NCBI GenBank assembly: GCA_951406725.2
Contig: OX597833.1
Span: 51,708,001-51,772,000 of the forward strand
Direction of reading: 5' to 3'
DNA: 64,000 nucleotides
Origin: Octopus vulgaris
Taxonomy: Eukaryota
Both the position numbers and the translations under genes were made by a program. Of the stretch, positions 42,366-56,519 are shown in pieces (the stretch's first letter is position 1; every line of letters begins with the position of its first letter). The notes beneath the pieces were generated by a model, which made no database searches, had not been told where the DNA came from, and saw only the letters and a program-made list of their open reading frames with translations.

Positions 42366-43074
42366 TTTATATCTACCGCAATAATAATGAATGAAATTCA
42401 ACGCATGAAGTCCCATTTTATAACATATCAGATTGCCGTATAATTAACGCAAACGCAAATTGAGGGGGAAATCAGTGTGATACGGTTTCGATTTCTTGTT
42501 GCGTATAGTTGACTTCATGCACTCCACTGATACGATTCCATTAATAAGAGCATTAACGTCATGGCAAACTTACTTCCATTTCACCTCTGTATTGCCAAGC
42601 ATGCAGAGAAGGTGTGGTATGAAATCAATAAGTGTATTTTGTCTAATAGTGTTTATGTAATAGTTGATTAGGCACCTCTGTTATCTACGGCATCACTATA
42701 CGTTCTCTTATCGTTCATAACTGCCTGAAACGTGAGATAATTTCACCGATAGCTAGTTATGATACTCGTACAAATAATATTTTCTTTTCACTTGACAGAA
42801 TGCCATTATTTCTTCTCACGTGATGGCGTATAATTGATTGGAGGCAACTCCTTGGTATATATTAACCGGGCATATATTGTATTGTCCTTCACCCGAAAGA
42901 CAGACAACAAACACTATAATGTCAAATACAACAACTCAACACACGTCACCAGACACGTCCGCACAGATTTCCTACATATAAACACAATATAATATACGTA
43001 TTCAAACATACATACATACATATATATATATGTGTGTGTGGGGGGTGAGTGTGTATATATATATGTATGTATAT

Positions 43075-43131
<57 letters not shown>

Positions 43132-43217
43132 CTATATAAATGTACATATGTGTATAATAAATTGCATAACCTATATGTACATATGCATAAATATAAATAT
43201 TATTCGATGTGCCCTTG

Positions 43218-43282
<65 letters not shown>

Positions 43283-43344
43283 CAATTTAATAAATAAAAC
43301 ATATGCATACATACATATATGAACAAACCTACCTCTATATGTAT

Positions 43345-43654
43345 ATATACATGCATATATGAGTACAGGACACCACAAATAAACGTAGAACACAACGAGA
43401 GACGAGAACATAAAATCAAACAAAGAAACGGACTTTTTTTAACAACGAAAAATCAGAGTACAAGACAAACAACAGAGGGAACCATTCCCCTTCTTCAGCT
43501 GCCCCTGTTTCGACTCATCCATCTATCTATCTATCTATCTATCTATCTATAGAAATTAAATAAAAAATATAAATTACAAAGTGGGACAAGAACGCAAAAA
43601 CACACAAAGAGACGACACAAAAAAACAGACGGGTCACTCGAAGCTTCTAATCTT

Positions 43655-43751
<97 letters not shown>

Positions 43752-44134
43752 ATGTCTGTCTGTCTATCTATCTATCTATTTCCTGGTTTTGGTAAAAGAA
43801 AATACAGGAGGATCAGTTAATTATGATTATATTCAAGATGCACACACTCACTGCAGCGGTCCTTCAGGCTTTCTAAGCACTATAAAAGAACTTGGAAGAC
43901 TGAGCCTCCAGCCAGGCCTTTCGTGACACCCTTAAAGCCGGGGAACCCTTCAACGGCCCCTCGAATATATAATCAGCCGAAATTGCGAGGATAATCTAGT
44001 TATTGACTGAAGATAGAAAACTTCGAATGACTCGTCCTTGTTTTTTTTTTTTTGTCTCGTCTATCTGGATGTTTTGTTGTCTCTTTTTGTATCACCTAGT
44101 AGTCCGGATGTTTTGCGTTCTTGTCCCATTTTGT

Positions 44135-44140
<6 letters not shown>
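43345..44140. mobile_element. PLE-like terminal-repeat fragments; 43580-43652 and 44015-44130 are inverted relatives
   Basis: GGGACAAGAACGCAAAA vs TTTTGCGTTCTTGTCCC; CTGAAGA half-cores at ~43495 (-) and 44007 (+) without complete HHR. Confidence 0.45.
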
Positions 44141-44186
<46 letters not shown>

Positions 44187-44354
44187 CATAAACGCGCATA
44201 TATACACATATATTTGTGTGTGTGTGACGACGGCTTGAATCAACAACTTCGAAGAAATACCGTAACTTGTATTGAGTGTTCTTTCTCTTATTTCCAAAAC
44301 ACAAAACTTATATCTACGTGTGTGTCTGTGAGTGTGCATATATATATATATATT

Positions 44355-44408
<54 letters not shown>

Positions 44409-44869
44409 TGTGTGTGTCTGTGTGTATATATATACATCCATATGTATGTGTGTATGCATGTATACATACATGCATGTAAATGCGTCAAATCTTCTGAAAC
44501 CTTCACTTTAAGCCAATCTTCATTACAGGGCGAACATGTTTGATGTGAATATCCGGTTAAGAATGCAGAAATTGCCAACAGAATCATTACATAATGAAAA
44601 CCGATGTAAATGGTGATTGGTTGGTCGGTTAGTTAGCTTGTTGGTTAGTCACGTTCTACATAGGATAATGTGATGTGGGGAGTGAGTGAGAGAGAGAGAG
44701 AGTAAATGAACAATACAGAGAGAGTTAATATGTGAGAAATAGGGTGAATATACATATTAGGCTTGGTGGCAGGCAATGAATAATCTCAAACCTCAGAAAT
44801 TCTTCCTTCATTGTCTTGATTTCTAGTAACTTTGCCCTTTATTGTTCTTACAAAGTCTTTCCGGTATTT

Positions 44870-45066
44870 CGAAATGCTTAACAGTATTTCGTCTGCCGCT
44901 ACGTTCTGAGTTCAAATTCTTCCGAGGTCGACTTTGCCTTTCATCTTTTCGGAGTTGATTAAATAAGGACCAGTTACGCACTGGGGTCGATATAATCGAC
45001 TTAATCCGTTTGTCTGCCTTTGTTTGTCTCCTCTGTGTGTAGCACTTTATGGGCAGTAAGGAAATA
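44870..45066 (+). mobile_element. SINE family A, 5'-truncated
   Basis: Consensus match. Confidence 0.85.
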
Positions 45067-45359
45067 AAAATATATATGTTATATATAGTTCAATTGCTAA
45101 CTAACACACTTCCTGTTTCTAAGCTGAGGAAACATTTATAAAATTGATTTGCTTTTGGTTGATGTGAAAATGAAAAATGAAGAGTCACTCAGAAAAATTA
45201 CCCACACATCGTTGTATGCAGGTTGTCCGTCAAACGTGACTCACGGGTTATCGACAGATTGAAGTGCCACCTTTCAGTAAGTAAATTAACATGCGAGTGT
45301 TAATTGTATTGTGTAGTCACTATATTTTATACATTTGAAACAGTTCAAAGCATAAACAT

Positions 45360-45830
<471 letters not shown>

Positions 45831-45831
<1 letters not shown>

Positions 45832-45919
45832 ATCAGTCTTCGGCGGTTCCAGTACTCTAGTGGTTTTCCAATGGTAAGGGCATGTAAGTCCCTGACGCAA
45901 CATTTCTTTATCTCTGGTG
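45831..45919 (+). repeat. Left arm of ~90-bp inverted repeat (partner 47671-47763)
   Basis: About 6 substitutions and one 4-nt indel between arms. Confidence 0.9.
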
Positions 45920-46260
45920 TCACACTATGTTCTAAAACATAGCAGTCAAATTCCCTCAAACACAACCTACATACCGCCTTAATGTTCGAGGTATACTAAT
46001 TAGTGCTTGAGGACGACGCAAAGAACATCTACTATTAAATAAATAAATGGGAGTGGGTAAATGAATCACACCAGCCCCAGTGCTCAAAAGAGAAATTATT
46101 TTATCGACCACAAAAGGGTAAAAGGCAAAGTCGAACTCGGCGGAGTTTTGAAACCATAAGTAATAAATAACGTTTGATGGATGATGTAATAGAAGCAAGA
46201 TAACTGAGAAAAACACAATATATGAAACAATACATTATACGTTTGCTTCTTGAGTCGTAC

Positions 46261-46332
46261 AGCAGAGTGGCGCAGTGGAAGCGTGCTGGGCCCATAACCC
46301 AGAGGTCCGTAGATCGAAACTACGCTCTGCTA
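46261..46332 (+). tRNA. tRNA-iMet: Initiator tRNA-Met (CAT), intact
   Basis: AGCAGAGTGGCGCAGTGGAAGCGTGCTGGGCCCATAACCCAGAGGTCCGTAGATCGAAACTACGCTCTGCTA: A1:U72, three G-C pairs in anticodon stem, GATCGAAAC T-loop, fully paired stems, T-run terminator ~15 nt downstream. Confidence 0.97.
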
Positions 46333-46347
46333 AGATAATAGGTATAT

Positions 46348-46356
46348 ATTTTTTTT
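46348..46356 (+). terminator. Pol III oligo-T terminator of tRNA-iMet
   Basis: T run just downstream of the tRNA. Confidence 0.75.
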
Positions 46357-46643
46357 GATATTTTATACATCGCAACTGAGTTATAGGGGTTGGTGCAAAA
46401 TATATTACATAATAGAAATTTATAATGGATTAAATGCTCACCATCTGGCCGAATACACCAAAACACGAATACTGTTGTACTTAGAGACGACAATATATAC
46501 AGTAATACCTCGCCATATCGCGGTTCACCTATCGCGGTTTATTATTTAAGCTTACGTCGATTTCTCTGTAGTGTTGTTTTGCATTTATGATAAAATAAAT
46601 ATACATAACTTATAAAAATAATAAAATAAATATCCAGTGAAGT

Positions 46644-46717
46644 GTCTCTATGACGCTATCGGTTTGCGCGTTCGGCTGTTAACCGAAAGGTTGATGGTTC
46701 GAGTCCACCCAAGGAGG
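46644..46717 (+). pseudogene. tRNA-Asn (GTT) pseudogene
   Basis: GTCTCTATGACGCTATCGGTTTGCGCGTTCGGCTGTTAACCGAAAGGTTGATGGTTCGAGTCCACCCAAGGAGG; anticodon arm identical to metazoan tRNA-Asn, but 3 acceptor-stem mismatches and A-box mutations. Confidence 0.88.
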
Positions 46718-46732
46718 TTTAGCTAACGTTTA

Positions 46733-47149
46733 GGTGCAGGAGTGGCTGTGTGGTAAGTAGGCGCAGGAGAGGCTGTGTGGTAACTTGCTTGTTTGCCAAC
46801 CACATGGTTCCGGGTTCATTCTCAATGCGTGGCACCTACTACAGCCTCGCGCCGAACAAGCCTTGTGAGTGGATTTGGTAGACGGAAACTGAAAGAAGCC
46901 CGTCGTATATATGTATACATATATGTATGTATGTGTGTGTATATGCTTGTATGTCTGTGTTTGTCCCCCCAACATCGCCTGAAAAACCGATGCTGGTGCG
47001 TTTGCGTCCCCGTAACTTAGTGGTTCAGCAAAAGACACCGATATGCTAAGTACTAGTCCTTCAAAGAATAAGTCCTGGGGTCGATTTGCTCGACTAAAGG
47101 CGGTGCTCCAGCATAGCCGCAGTCAAATGACTGAAATAGGTAAAAGAGT
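46733..47149 (+). mobile_element. SINE family B with duplicated 5' head
   Basis: TAGG.GCAGGAG.GGCTGTGTGGTAA tandemly duplicated, then body and tail. Confidence 0.9.
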
Positions 47150-47448
47150 CCAGTACTGTTTCTACTTCGCAGATTTTCTCCTGCTGCAGGGGTTTTGGGA
47201 ACGTAACACCCGCAATAATCGAGGGATTGCTCTACAGGATACGTCATTTAGTGAATAGTTTATTTGTTCCTCTAAGATACCCTTTTTTGCAAGAATAACT
47301 GACGCTATGTTCAATATATGTGTTGAAATGGCCCGCTGCATTCTGAGTTCAAATCTCATTGAGGTGAACTTCCTTCATCCTTCCGGGTTGATAAAGTGTT
47401 TTTCAGTCTCTCACTCTTTGTCTGTTTAGCTGTTTGTCTGCTTGGCCC

Positions 47449-47481
<33 letters not shown>

Positions 47482-47561
47482 GTCTCTCTCTGTCTCTCTC
47501 TGTCTCTCTCTGTCTCTCTCTGTCTCTCTCTCTCTCTCTCTTTCATACCCCCACCCATCCA

Positions 47562-47596
<35 letters not shown>

Positions 47597-47670
47597 TCGC
47601 TGTAGCAGAATCGTCCACGTTGTGCTATGAGAAGGGTCGAAGTAAATCGCTCAAATAGTAGATTTTCTTT

Positions 47671-47763
47671 CACCAGAAATAAAGAAATGTTGCGTCAGGG
47701 ACTTACATGTCCTTCCCATTGGAAAACCACTAGAATCCTGGAACCGCCAAAGACTGGCTGATG
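47671..47763 (-). repeat. Right arm of inverted repeat; reads as candidate first exon ending ATGGGAAGGACAT|GTAAGT
   Basis: Reverse complement of 45831-45919; consensus splice donor at 47706-47701. The repeat is directly visible; the exon interpretation is inference. Confidence 0.8.
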
Positions 47764-47780
47764 TAGAGTATAATGCGTAA

Positions 47781-47793
47781 CGGAAATGACGTA
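47781..47793. promoter_or_regulatory. Overlapping ETS-CRE-like motif CGGAAATGACGTA
   Basis: Resembles promoter-proximal CGGAAGTGACGT motif; ~20 bp outside the right arm. Confidence 0.35.
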
Positions 47794-47838
47794 GAATATT
47801 TTAAATTATTAAAACACACACACACACACACAAATATA

Positions 47839-47908
<70 letters not shown>

Positions 47909-48101
47909 TGTGTAAGTGTGTGTGTGTGTGTGCGTGTGTCTTTTAAATTCGTTTATGGTAACGTTAGGGGTACGCAGATAAAGCTCCTATTTACGGTGGC
48001 TACCGTCTAATGATACTGACTAGTAAGTCAGTTTTTCAGGGCTGCATCACGGTTATACCAATATAAAGTAGGATAAATATAATAACACTAGAATGGAATT
48101 A

Positions 48102-48181
<80 letters not shown>

Positions 48182-48199
48182 GTTATTGTTGTTGTTATT

Positions 48200-48261
<62 letters not shown>

Positions 48262-48629
48262 GTGTATGTATGTATGTATGCATGCATGTATGAAAAATAC
48301 TAAGAAATGGATGAAAGTGCATCAAAATTATATATATATATATTAATATTTGAGGAACCAAAGCAAGTTTAACTTTTTAACATAACCTTCATATCCTTTT
48401 ATCCTGAAATGATATATATGGTTGTTATATTTAGATTTATTTTTCTCTTAAATATCTTTTTCTACGCTAAAGCATCACATGAAGGTGAACCAGAGTAGGC
48501 CGAGATTGTTAGACATCGTTAAAAATCTCAACCAAAACTTCAAGCTACAGTTTTCAGAATCTCCGAAAGCCTTTCAGTCAGTGCGATTCAAGTTATGCTT
48601 AAAGAATATATTCAGTATATATGTATGTC

Positions 48630-48898
48630 TTTTAGTCTTGTTTCAATCATTTGAATGCGGCTATGCTGGAGCACCACGTTTAGTCAAAGAAATCGACCTT
48701 ATCTTTGTAAGAAATCGACTTATTCTTTGTAAGCCTAGTACTTATTCTATCGGTCTCTTTTGCAGTTCGGCAAAAGAGACTGATAGAATAAGAACTAGGC
48801 TTATAAAGAAAAAGTCCTGAGGTCGATTTCTTCAACTGAACCCTTTTATGGCAGTGCTCCAGTATGACTGCAGTCAAATGATTCAAACAAGTAAAAGA
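48630..48898. repeat. Fold-back of two SINE B tails (~130-bp arms, 6-nt spacer 48764-48769)
   Basis: ...TATTCTATCGGTCTCTTTTGC-AGTTCG-GCAAAAGAGACTGATAGAATA... Confidence 0.85.
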
Positions 48899-48990
48899 AT
48901 ATAAGGATATATGTATGTATGTACATGTGTGTGTGCGTGCATGTATACATAAATGTGATGAGTGTGCGTATATATATATATATAATAATA

Positions 48991-49039
<49 letters not shown>

Positions 49040-49105
49040 GGTCCCGGGTTGAATCGGGGTTAACCACAGTAAATAAGGTACTCAATACATAGCAGAGTAA
49101 AATTA

Positions 49106-49235
49106 ATTTATTATATAGAAAGAGCTTCTACAGGACTAGAACTGTTTCATTCAAGAGAAATCTTCAGGAAGCTTCCTGAAGATTTCTCTTGAATGAAACA
49201 GTTCTAGTCCTGTAGAAGCTCCTTCTATATAATAA

Positions 49236-49237
<2 letters not shown>
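49106..49237. repeat. 132-bp spacer-less palindrome (one mismatch) of a PLE-like end with hammerhead-like core on both strands
   Basis: Centre AAG|CTT at 49171/49172; arm has CUGAAGA-UUUC(UCUU)GAAU-GAAA-CAG-UU. Confidence 0.9.
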
Positions 49238-49305
<68 letters not shown>

Positions 49306-49352
49306 TATAAGTATATATATACGCACACTCATCACATTTATGTATATGCGGA

Positions 49353-49661
49353 GGCGCAATGGCCCAGTGGTTAGGGCAGCGGACTCGCGGTCGTAGGATC
49401 GCGGTTTCGATTCCCAGACCGGGCGTTGTGTGTGTTTATTGAGCGAAAACACCTAAAAGCTCCACGAGGCTCCGGCAGGGGGTGGTGGCGATCCCTGCTG
49501 TACTCTTTCGCTACAACTTTCTCTCACTCTTTCTTCTGTTGGCCTGCTCGCTTAGCCAGTGGGGTGGCGTCATTCGAAGGCTAAAACAATGCGAACGCAT
49601 TCTGACCAGCGATGTGTAACAACATCTGATGGTCTGGTCGGTCACGTGATCACGTGATCAC
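49353..49661 (+). mobile_element. SINE family C (tRNA-derived head; (CACGTGAT)n tail), full length
   Basis: A box TGGCCCAGTGG, B box GTTTCGATTCC, tandem 8-bp tail. Confidence 0.8.
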
Positions 49662-49662
49662 A

Positions 49663-49709
<47 letters not shown>

Positions 49710-50254
49710 GTACACACACACGTACGTACAATAGATATGTATGTGTGAATGCGTGTATGTGTACGTGCGTGTGTGTACTGTACTTATAAAGACAGAAAAG
49801 GAACGCAACTGTTGTAAAAAAATACATTTTTTGGTACCTCCAGTCCAAGAGAAGGTAAAAAAAAATTCAGTTGCTGTCCATTGTGAATAACTTCAAATAA
49901 ATGGATGAGAAGATGTCAAGAACCAAACCTTATCCATAACTGCCATGACACACATGAAAAATATATGGACGAAAATGAAAAAACAGCCGTGGACGCGTAT
50001 TTCTATGTCAATAGTTCTCATTAGTACAGCAGAAGTTCTACCTCATCTTCAGTGGAGAGGATCTTGGACATGGAGCAGATTTCATTTGTGGCGTATATCA
50101 TTTGCATAAAGAAACGTAAAAAGCTCAGAGAAAAAAATGCACATAAATGCATATCAATGTATATATCTGTGTGTGTGTGTATGAATGTGAATATTTACGT
50201 ATATTCAAGTATATGTGTATGTGTACGCAGATACAAAATCACAGACACACACGT

Positions 50255-50306
<52 letters not shown>

Positions 50307-50307
50307 G

Positions 50308-50340
<33 letters not shown>

Positions 50341-50367
50341 ATTTGTGTGTGTGTGTATATATATATA

Positions 50368-50786
50368 GGCGCAGAAGTAGCTGTATGGTAAGTAGCTTGC
50401 TTACCAACAACATGTTTCCGGATTCTTTCCCACTGCGTGCCATCTTGAGCAGGTGTCTTCTGTTATAGCCTCGGGCCGACCACTGCCTTGTGAGTGGATT
50501 TGGTAGACGGAAACTGAACGAAGCTCGTCGTATATATGTATAAATATGTTTGGGTGTGTGTATATATATGTGTGTGTGTCTTTGTTTGTCCCCCCAACAT
50601 CGCTTGACAACCGATTGTGGTGTGGTTACGTCCCCGTAACTTAGCAGTTCGGCAGAAGAGACCGATAGAATAAGTACTAGGCTTACAAAGAATAAGTCCT
50701 GTAGTCGAATTGCTCGACTAAAGGCGGTGCTCCAGCATGGCCGCAGTCAAATGACTGAAACAAGTAAAATAGTTAAAGAGTAAAAG
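50368..50786 (+). mobile_element. SINE family B, full length
   Basis: Consensus match. Confidence 0.9.
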
Positions 50787-51070
50787 GTATATATATAAAC
50801 ATAAATATAAATGTATATATAAATTAATGACAAGGGAATGAGAAATTATATGGCATTCATTTGCATTTTAATTTCTCATTACTGGTCTGTAGTCGACTGA
50901 CGCTTTCTTCTCAAGCGTAAGTATATGCAGTCGTAACACCAGGTTATTAATATAGTTATGCCTAAGGTAATTACCAATATATACATACATATATGCATAT
51001 ATATGTATGTATATATGTATATATATGTATGTATATATGTATATATATGTATGTATATATGTATACATAT

Positions 51071-51157
<87 letters not shown>

Positions 51158-51939
51158 CATATATGTAAGTAAATATGTGTATATATATGTATGTTTATGT
51201 ATGTGTGTGTATGTCTATGTGTATGTATGTATATATAATTTCGCTGAGGTTTATATGAATTTATACATACATACACATTGCACTTTAATACGCATTCATA
51301 TATCTACATATATGTTTTAAAGTATACACATATTTATTACGTGTATAAATATAGATGCATACATAAGTGCAACATGTATACATATATATATATATATATA
51401 TGGGTGTATATATGTATATATATATATATGTGTGTGTGCATATATATGTGTATATATATTTATGTATATGTATTAATACACATATACATATATGTATAGA
51501 TGCATGTATGTTGTATGTATGTTTGTACGCATATAAAATCTTATATCTACATATGTATATATAGGTAGTAGTGAATAGATAGATGATTGGTTATATATAT
51601 ATATTTACTGAAAACATATGTATTTAATTAAACATCACATATACAGGCGTAATTATACATACATATTCAGACACGTAGAAATAGGATGGAGTGAAAGATT
51701 AACAATTATAAAACAAACAATGCAAATTATATGTACAAATATATACGCTCATTTATATAAATATATGCGCATATATATCTTTATAAATTTTTTATACATA
51801 CATGCATATATATGTATACACACACACACACACACTCATGCACACAGCTATATTAATTTATATATATATTAATTTTTATATATATATATATTTTATTATT
51901 TTTATTTTATTATTATTTTTAATTTTTATACATACATAT

Positions 51940-51972
51940 ATCGGTCTTTTGGCTAAGATCAAAGTGTAGTAT
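51940..51972 (+). pseudogene. U2 snRNA 5' fragment (stem-loop I plus branch-point recognition sequence)
   Basis: TCGGTCTTTTGGCTAAGATCAAAGTGTAGTAT vs invertebrate U2 TCGGCCTTTTGGCTAAGATCAAAGTGTAGTATC (1 mismatch); runs into (TA)n. Confidence 0.85.
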
Positions 51973-52071
51973 ATATATACATATATAAATGTATATAAGT
52001 ATGTATATATATATGTATATATGTATGTATATATATATATATATTATATATATATATATATATATGTATAT

Positions 52072-52273
<202 letters not shown>

Positions 52274-52275
52274 TA

Positions 52276-52410
52276 TTAGGGAGTAAATACAAACTTACAG
52301 GGAAAAATTAGATTTAGGATTAAATCTTATTTCACAGTATAAATATATTAAATTAGAGATAAAACCACTATTAGGCAAATCAAATAGTGAAAAACATAAA
52401 CCATAACATA
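52276..52410 (-). mobile_element. PLE-like terminal fragment related to 62755-62810
   Basis: TAAATTAGAGATAAAACCACTATTAGGCAAATCAAA is approximately the reverse complement of TTTGATTTGCATAATAGTGGTTTTGTCTCTAATTTA. Confidence 0.55.
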
Positions 52411-52611
52411 GAAATAAAATTAATTAATATAATATATAAAATATATAAAATATAAAATTCAAAATTTATATTATTTAAATTTAAAGTTAAAATGAAAAAA
52501 ATTTTTTAAGTATTAATATATATATATATATATATATATTGTATTTTTTAACTTTTATTATTATTTTTATTTTTTTATTTTTTATTTTTTAAATATATAT
52601 GTATATATATA

Positions 52612-52778
52612 TGTCTTCCCTTCTTGGGATCTTTCCTTCTCCTTGTTTCCGACGAAGAGCTCCGCTCGAAACGTTAAACCCTCCTTCCCTTCTTTCCTGA
52701 GCGTCAAATAATACTTTAATTGTTCCACGTCCTAGCGTTGCTGTTTTTTTCTGTGTTTTCTTGTTTGGATTAACTTTA
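52612..52778 (+). mobile_element. PLE-like element family X with U4C hammerhead variant at 52645-52679
   Basis: GUUU-CCGACGA-A-GAGC(UCC)GCUC-GAAA-CG-UU-AAAC; near-identical to 39565-39733. Confidence 0.75.
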
Positions 52779-52805
52779 TATATATATGTATATATATACA
52801 TGCAT

Positions 52806-52878
<73 letters not shown>

Positions 52879-52896
52879 TTAGTGAATAAATACAAA

Positions 52897-52958
<62 letters not shown>

Positions 52959-52984
52959 CTAAGGTATATAAGTAAGTGTATATC

Positions 52985-53460
52985 TTTTTATCTTTTAATT
53001 TTTTAGTCATTAGCTTGCGGCCATCCCGGGGCACCGCCTTGAACTATTGTATTCGAACGATATCAACCCCAGTACTGCTTATTTTTAAAGCCAATATTTC
53101 TATCGGCCTGTTTTGGTGAAGCGCTAGATCACGAGGACGGAAAGACAACACGAGAAGTTGTCAAACGGTGAGATGGCGATAAACACAGACAAAAGGAACA
53201 AAGTCATGCGCACACCTACAATATTTATATATATATATATATATATATGCATATAAGTATACATACACACCCACACACATATACATGTATATATACAAAC
53301 ACACAAACAACAGAGTTCTATTTGCTTCTGTCTACCGAATCTGGTCAGAAGATTTTGGTCGGTCCGAGGTTATAGGATATAATACACATGTGCAGGAGGA
53401 ACACAGTGGGATTGAACCATGTAGTTGGGAAATAAACTTCTTACCACACAGCCACGCCTG
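52985..53460 (-). mobile_element. SINE family B, old degenerate copy
   Basis: Recognisable tail and head blocks. Confidence 0.7.
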
Positions 53461-54049
53461 TGAATATATTATATATATATGAGTGTGTGTAAGTACGTAT
53501 GTATGTATATATATATATATGTGTGTGTGCATGTGTGTGTGTGTTTATGTGGGTATATATGCGGATCTATGCACACACACATGTAAACATACATACATCA
53601 CACATACATACATATATACATGCATATACAAACACACCGATTGAGATAGAGAAATAGTTTTGTGCAGATTTCCTTGCTTACTTAGCACTATCGGTTTGTT
53701 TATTTTCTTATTTCAGATATAATATCTTGACTCGTAACTTAACACAATAGTCCTTTTATGTTTATATTTCACTATAATTCTTCTTTGATTTCAGATATGT
53801 CCACCACAATGCGTGTTCGACCTTGAGCACTTGAGATACCATACGTAGCCATAGAATATATACCATCCCGTATTTCCACCCCGAGTGGTTTTATTAGCAT
53901 TCAGCCCGTCATACATCAATGGACCTTAATATTCACGTATCAGTTAAATATTATATTTGTTCTACGAATATTACTATTTGTTTTTATTTTTTTCAACTTT
54001 TATAAATGTATTTTGATACTATCTCATAATTATACACTAGAAAGTTAAA

Positions 54050-54222
54050 GCGGTGTGGCTGTGCAGTAAGAAGTTTGCTTGTCAACCACAAGGCTCCGAG
54101 TTCTGTCCCACTGTGTGACACCTTGGGTATGTGTCTCCTCTGTAGCTTCGAGCGTTGTGAGTTGATTTGACCAAAGCCTTGTGAGTTCATTTGGTAGACG
54201 GAAACTGAAAGAAGTCCGTCGT
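54050..54222 (+). mobile_element. SINE family B 5' half
   Basis: Head, CCTTGGG block, GACGGAAACTGAAAGAAG. Confidence 0.75.
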
Positions 54223-54234
54223 ATATATATATAT

Positions 54235-55456
<1,222 letters not shown>

Positions 55457-55835
55457 GTGTGTGTTTGCGCGCGCGTGTATACTAAAGACGCGAAATTTCT
55501 TATAATCGATAACTGATTAGAATTTGGTGATCTGTATCAGTTTTCCGTTTGTTTGTGCATTTATTCTGTGTATTTTTAACTTTATATATATTTTTCGTCG
55601 TTTTTCCCTTTTGCTTGCGTGGTTTGTTTTCAAGTGCTTTGGTTTTTCTCGGGTAGAAGGAATAGCAATATTTCTTGACTGCTATTTCTAAACTTCGGTA
55701 TGTGGTGAAGCAAATCGTTGCTGAACCCTAATTATAAAGTATTACTTAAGTTTACCGTGAAATGGTCTTTTTCATGCCGAATTCTACTTGGTGAAATTAA
55801 TGATTAATTCTTAATTAATTAATTTCATCCTTTGT

Positions 55836-55892
<57 letters not shown>

Positions 55893-56211
55893 CAGTATTT
55901 TGTAGTTATTGTAATAACTGCTCTGAATATTTAAGTAATTTGATATATGAGAACTCTTAATATTTCACGAAAGATAAACTATAACAGTAGATATCTTTGA
56001 ATTAAAGGATATTCATAGATAGTGTATTAGATATATATAATCTAACGATGAGTAGAAATGTATCACTCATTAAGACAAAAGAAAGATTGTGCAGATCTTT
56101 AGGAAAATTTTAACATGCAATAAGAAAGATAATTAATCGTATGAGCAAAAATAAGTAAATATGTTTGTGTATTCGTGTGAATACACATATGCAAATATAC
56201 ATACCCACACA

Positions 56212-56307
<96 letters not shown>

Positions 56308-56519
56308 GTGTGTGTGTGTGTGTGTGTGTGTATTGTGTTCCTCTTTGCTAGTTATATTTTTCGTATTTTTTCGTTAGTTTTTTGGGCTGCTAGCCTAGAA
56401 TAATAAATTTTCTGAGTTACTCTCCTACATTCGAAGACATTCATAATCTCGATTTCAAGAATCGACTAACTTCGTCGTGTGCATTTCTTCTTCTATACTG
56501 GTTGAATTTCTATACACCC

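Larger units (their letters stand above)
46500..47232. mobile_element. Tigger/pogo-like MITE (46500-46638 + 47149-47232) split by an insertion
   Basis: TA-CAGTAATACCTCG ... CGAGGGATTGCTC-TA termini; TCCAGT duplicated at 46633-46638 and 47149-47154. Confidence 0.75.

Noticed and set aside
42580-42615. miRNA-like hairpin CACCTCTGTAT...ATGCAGAGAAGGTG
   Set aside because: Stem too short and no match to a miRNA I recognise.
47671-47750. Inverted-repeat arm as an H/ACA snoRNA or SECIS
   Set aside because: A hairpin followed by ACA-UUU can be drawn, but there is no H box or second hairpin, no convincing rRNA target and no SECIS quartet.
49353-49425. SINE C, SINE D (54510-54582) and 40440-40509 heads as tRNA genes
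   Set aside because: A/B boxes present, but acceptor stems do not close properly and each continues into a retroposon body.
53795-53945. Exon-like block after TTTGATTTCAG
   Set aside because: All frames stop within ~55 nt and no clear donor; cannot be supported without RNA data.
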